DNA of 64,000 nt, taken from Bacteroidia bacterium. GTDB lineage: Bacteria > Bacteroidota > Bacteroidia > AKYH767-A > JBBKVM01. This document shows, piece after piece, positions 62,101 to 64,000 of the stretch. Position numbers and translations under genes: made by a program. A model generated the notes under the pieces. It ran no database searches. It saw only the letters and a program-made list of their open reading frames with translations, and was not told the origin of the DNA. The first letter of the stretch is position 1, and every line of letters starts with the position of its first letter. Where the stretch lies: NCBI GenBank assembly GCA_037968415.1, contig JBBKVM010000043.1:1082-65081 (forward strand), written 5' to 3'.

Positions 62101-64000
62101 GAAACGGAAATACAATGGCCTTCAGCTCTAATGATGGCAACAAGCGTTCGGTAATTCTGATTGATGGTGGTGATTATATCACGTTCAACAATCTGATCGT
62201 TGACGCTACAGGCGCAGGTACCTACGGATGGGGAATACAGTTAACCAATGGTGCTGACTTTTGCACCATTTCAGGCTGTACGGTTACGACCAATGCCATT
62301 TCTACTTCTACTTTCTATTCTGGTATTGTGATTTCAGGTTCGCTTACTTCGCCAACAACAACCGGTAATGCAGCCAATAACGTGACCATTTTGAATAACA
62401 CCATCACCGGTGGCTATTATGGCCTCACGCACCTCGGTACTGGCACCACTTCATATACAGTTGGTAACATATATCAGGGCAATACCATTGTGAATCCTTA
62501 TTTCTACGGAATGTATTTGTATTACCAGGATGCACCCATGGTCATCAACAATGATGTGACGTTGCGTCAGGGAGTTGGTTACGGTTTATATACATTCTAC
62601 ATGGACAAAGCTTCTGTTGTTTCCGGTAACAAATTCAAAAACTTTGGTACTTACGGAATCTATCTCAGCACCACAAACTCGTCTTTGGTAGGTCGCCCCA
62701 GAATTGTAAACAACATGATATCTGCCAATGCAGGCACTCCTTATGGAATTTATATGGTGACTGCGCGAGAAGTAGATGTATATTATAACAGTATCAACCT
62801 TGGTGCCGGTACAGGTTACGGTGTATATGTTTCTTCTGCGACATCAACTAACATTGATTTGAGAAACAACTCTATCGCTCACACTGGCGGAGGATATGCC
62901 ATGTATATTTCTGCTACTTCGAGTATGAGTGCTTGCAACTACAATAACTACTACACTACCGCAACCAATTTTGTATACTATGGTGGTATTAAAGCTGACC
63001 TTGCTGCGCTGCAAGCTACCAACGCACCGGCCGGCAATGACCTGAACTCATATGTAGGTAATCCATTGTACGATGCACCGCACGACTTGCACGTAACAGG
63101 CCCACAACTCAATGCCAAGGCTACACCTATTGCCGGTATCACTACCGACATTGATGGACAAACGCGTAATGCCACCACACCTGACATAGGCGCTGACGAG
63201 TACACACCTATTCCGTTCGACCTTTCTATGGTTGCGTTTGTTACGCCTACCACTGGTGGTTGCTTCTCAGCGGTAACGCCTGAGACCGTTACACTTCGCG
63301 TGAAGAGCTTCGGAACTGATCCGGTTGACTACTCCGTAACTCCGCTTACCTTGACGGTAAATGTTACGGGTGGTGCTACTCAGACAATGACCTTGGTTGT
63401 AAACAGTGGTTCAATCGCACCGCTTGCCACGCAGGACATTGCTGTGGGCACTATCAACCTTGGTACACAGGGTGTTTACAACTTTACTGCCTCATTGGCA
63501 TTCAGCACCGATGGTGATGCTACCAACAACAGCATAACCGGATTCTCTGTAAACAGCCAGGGCCCTACGCCTGAAATACTTGCTTCTGCCGGTGACACCC
63601 GTTGTGGTATCGGACCTGTAACACTTACTGCCTCTGCTACTGCTGGTTCGCAAATCAACTGGTATGATGCACCTTCTGCCGGCACGCTGGTAGGAACCGG
63701 TCCTTCTATCACGCCTACCATCTCTGCCAATAAAACCTACTGGGTACAAGCCGCGGTAGGTGGCACAGGAGCCAATTCATTGACCACCACTTTTGCAGGC
63801 GGGAACGGATTTGATGGCAACATGTTCGACATCGTTGCACTCAACCAGGTGACCATCATGTCATTTGCAGGTAACTTCAATGCCGGTACTGGTATTGCTG
63901 AAGTATGGTATCGTCCCGGATCTTATGCAGGCTTTACCAACAGCAACGCTGGTTGGACGCAAGCAGGTTCTGCTTCCGTAACTTCTACAGGCAATGGATC
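59112..64000 (+). CDS. Second giant surface protein (>1629 aa, 3'-truncated by the window), paralogous to 48452-58549; absent from the ORF track
   Basis: MSKTYTKLAVRTNNG...KQKGHAVLLFFIALIMTAMTFSTANA-QITITIG; two beta-helix blocks (GTYTINS...CGINGPVTFNV...PDIGAIEF and GAYTINA...CGIAGPVTFNV...PDIGADEY); Ig repeat WYDAPSAG; same frame still open at the window end (spot-checked). Alternative GTG start at 59223. Confidence 0.88.
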   Translation, partial: MSKTYTKLAVRTNNGNYLNPAVVAYGKENLLQEATSYVKQKGHAVLLFFIALIMTAMTFSTANAQITITIGAGSSISSGQNVTPYCTFYHDGRHQYIFTPAEITGVGGYAGNITSLAFNVQSLGSPTMDNFNIKLGHTTLSAFVAADLFVSPLNTVYSAATYQPAATGFQTINFTIPFTWNGTDNLVVDVCYDNGSFSSNFNVYQDLVVSGNVTKYAWADGQAGCVFGGNSVIVPPNTSAGSNGVTNLRPQVQLGFAASFACAGTPAPGNAVTTASNVCPNVPFNLYISNSNLGTGMTYQWQKSPTIGGTYTNIGGATSSFLNTSQTATSFYRCITTCTNSGLSATATAVGVTSPLLVSGTYTINSAVITGGTNFQTFADAVNFMACGINGPVTFNVSGGPYAQQILIPDILGASAINTITFNGGGVTLNPSITNANQRSVITLNGADYVTLSNFNIVPSLGTYGNGVTLHNGSHFNTITGCTITNTITSTSTFFNGIVFTNSVTNPTTSGGVMNNNTISNNTIIGGYYPISMMGDFTTPSSNNTIINNTIRDGYLYQNYIAYQNNLLVKGNDISRAVRTTTSTFYGIYVWGSLTASTIDANRIHNANDNGTTLTGTYYCIWVGIGGTPGNENYVTNNAIYDIKNYNGTLYGIYHNSGGHLRIFHNSISLDNTLATGTVTTTRGIWISTTTAINTQVKNNIVTIKRGGTGAKHGFYNSSTGAGNVISDNNDIFISAPAPANFGYWGADRATLAAWQTASGQDANSYSADPLFTNANLGNMLPLNAVLNNAGAPAGVAFDLLGTARSATQPDIGAIEFAVAGLDAGINWVAPVNPVGAGPATVIVNIANTQTTLINSVTITYTDGLTPVQQTFTGLGLAGGANTNLSFTTPFVISGIHSLSATINTVNGIADDVAGNNFTSPITVCPALMGAYTINAGSAASATNFTSFTTAVAAMANCGIAGPVTFNVIAASGPYNEQITIPVIVGTSGINTITFNGNGNTMAFSSNDGNKRSVILIDGGDYITFNNLIVDATGAGTYGWGIQLTNGADFCTISGCTVTTNAISTSTFYSGIVISGSLTSPTTTGNAANNVTILNNTITGGYYGLTHLGTGTTSYTVGNIYQGNTIVNPYFYGMYLYYQDAPMVINNDVTLRQGVGYGLYTFYMDKASVVSGNKFKNFGTYGIYLSTTNSSLVGRPRIVNNMISANAGTPYGIYMVTAREVDVYYNSINLGAGTGYGVYVSSATSTNIDLRNNSIAHTGGGYAMYISATSSMSACNYNNYYTTATNFVYYGGIKADLAALQATNAPAGNDLNSYVGNPLYDAPHDLHVTGPQLNAKATPIAGITTDIDGQTRNATTPDIGADEYTPIPFDLSMVAFVTPTTGGCFSAVTPETVTLRVKSFGTDPVDYSVTPLTLTVNVTGGATQTMTLVVNSGSIAPLATQDIAVGTINLGTQGVYNFTASLAFSTDGDATNNSITGFSVNSQGPTPEILASAGDTRCGIGPVTLTASATAGSQINWYDAPSAGTLVGTGPSITPTISANKTYWVQAAVGGTGANSLTTTFAGGNGFDGNMFDIVALNQVTIMSFAGNFNAGTGIAEVWYRPGSYAGFTNSNAGWTQAGSASVTSTGNG
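59226..59258 (+). terminator. Terminator-like hairpin within the signal-peptide codons, copy 2
   Basis: AAACAAAAGGGC-CATGCC-GTTCTTTTGTTT-TTT. Confidence 0.45.

Noticed and set aside
47100..64000. Horizontally acquired island or diversity-generating retroelement acting on the giant genes
   Set aside because: No integrase, tRNA, att repeat, reverse transcriptase or adenine-variable repeat pair is visible. The apparent codon shift was not quantified and may reflect amino acid composition.

Overview
Bacteroidota chromosomal window, judged from TAnnTTTG-type promoters, type IX secretion (T9SS) C-terminal domains and the split atp operon. Bases 1-47090 are mostly core genome: the 3' end of a sprE/porW-like TPR gene, bactofilin, atpB-E-F-H-A-G, an orphan membrane histidine kinase, a flippase-dut-nucleotidyltransferase-TPR-DUF4292-envC-tatA cluster, gatA-mltD-DUF4837, three small T9SS cargo proteins, a decayed IS200/REP-type tyrosine transposase with its palindrome, hflX, rbfA, gpsA, lysS and lipB. 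Bases 47100-64000 hold two tandem transcription units for giant T9SS-type surface proteins: one of 3365 aa and one of >1629 aa that starts at 59112, runs off the window and is missing from the ORF track. The most striking observation is that both units are preceded by a diverged copy of the same ~540-bp cassette (47222-47758 and 58713-59258). It contains an upstream conserved block, an identical 20-bp promoter, a ~300-nt 5' leader with equally spaced hairpins and invariant motifs (ACUAUCCACGAGCAGRCAAGGACUACCCC; GUCUCCAAA loop), and a 49-codon homologous peptide ending in a terminator-like hairpin plus U-tract. In copy 1 the peptide is a free 70-aa ORF; in copy 2 it is fused to the giant protein's signal peptide. 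I do not recognise this element. It may be an undescribed attenuation/antitermination leader for giant adhesin genes (inference). All protein calls come from motif recognition by eye; no database searches were run.
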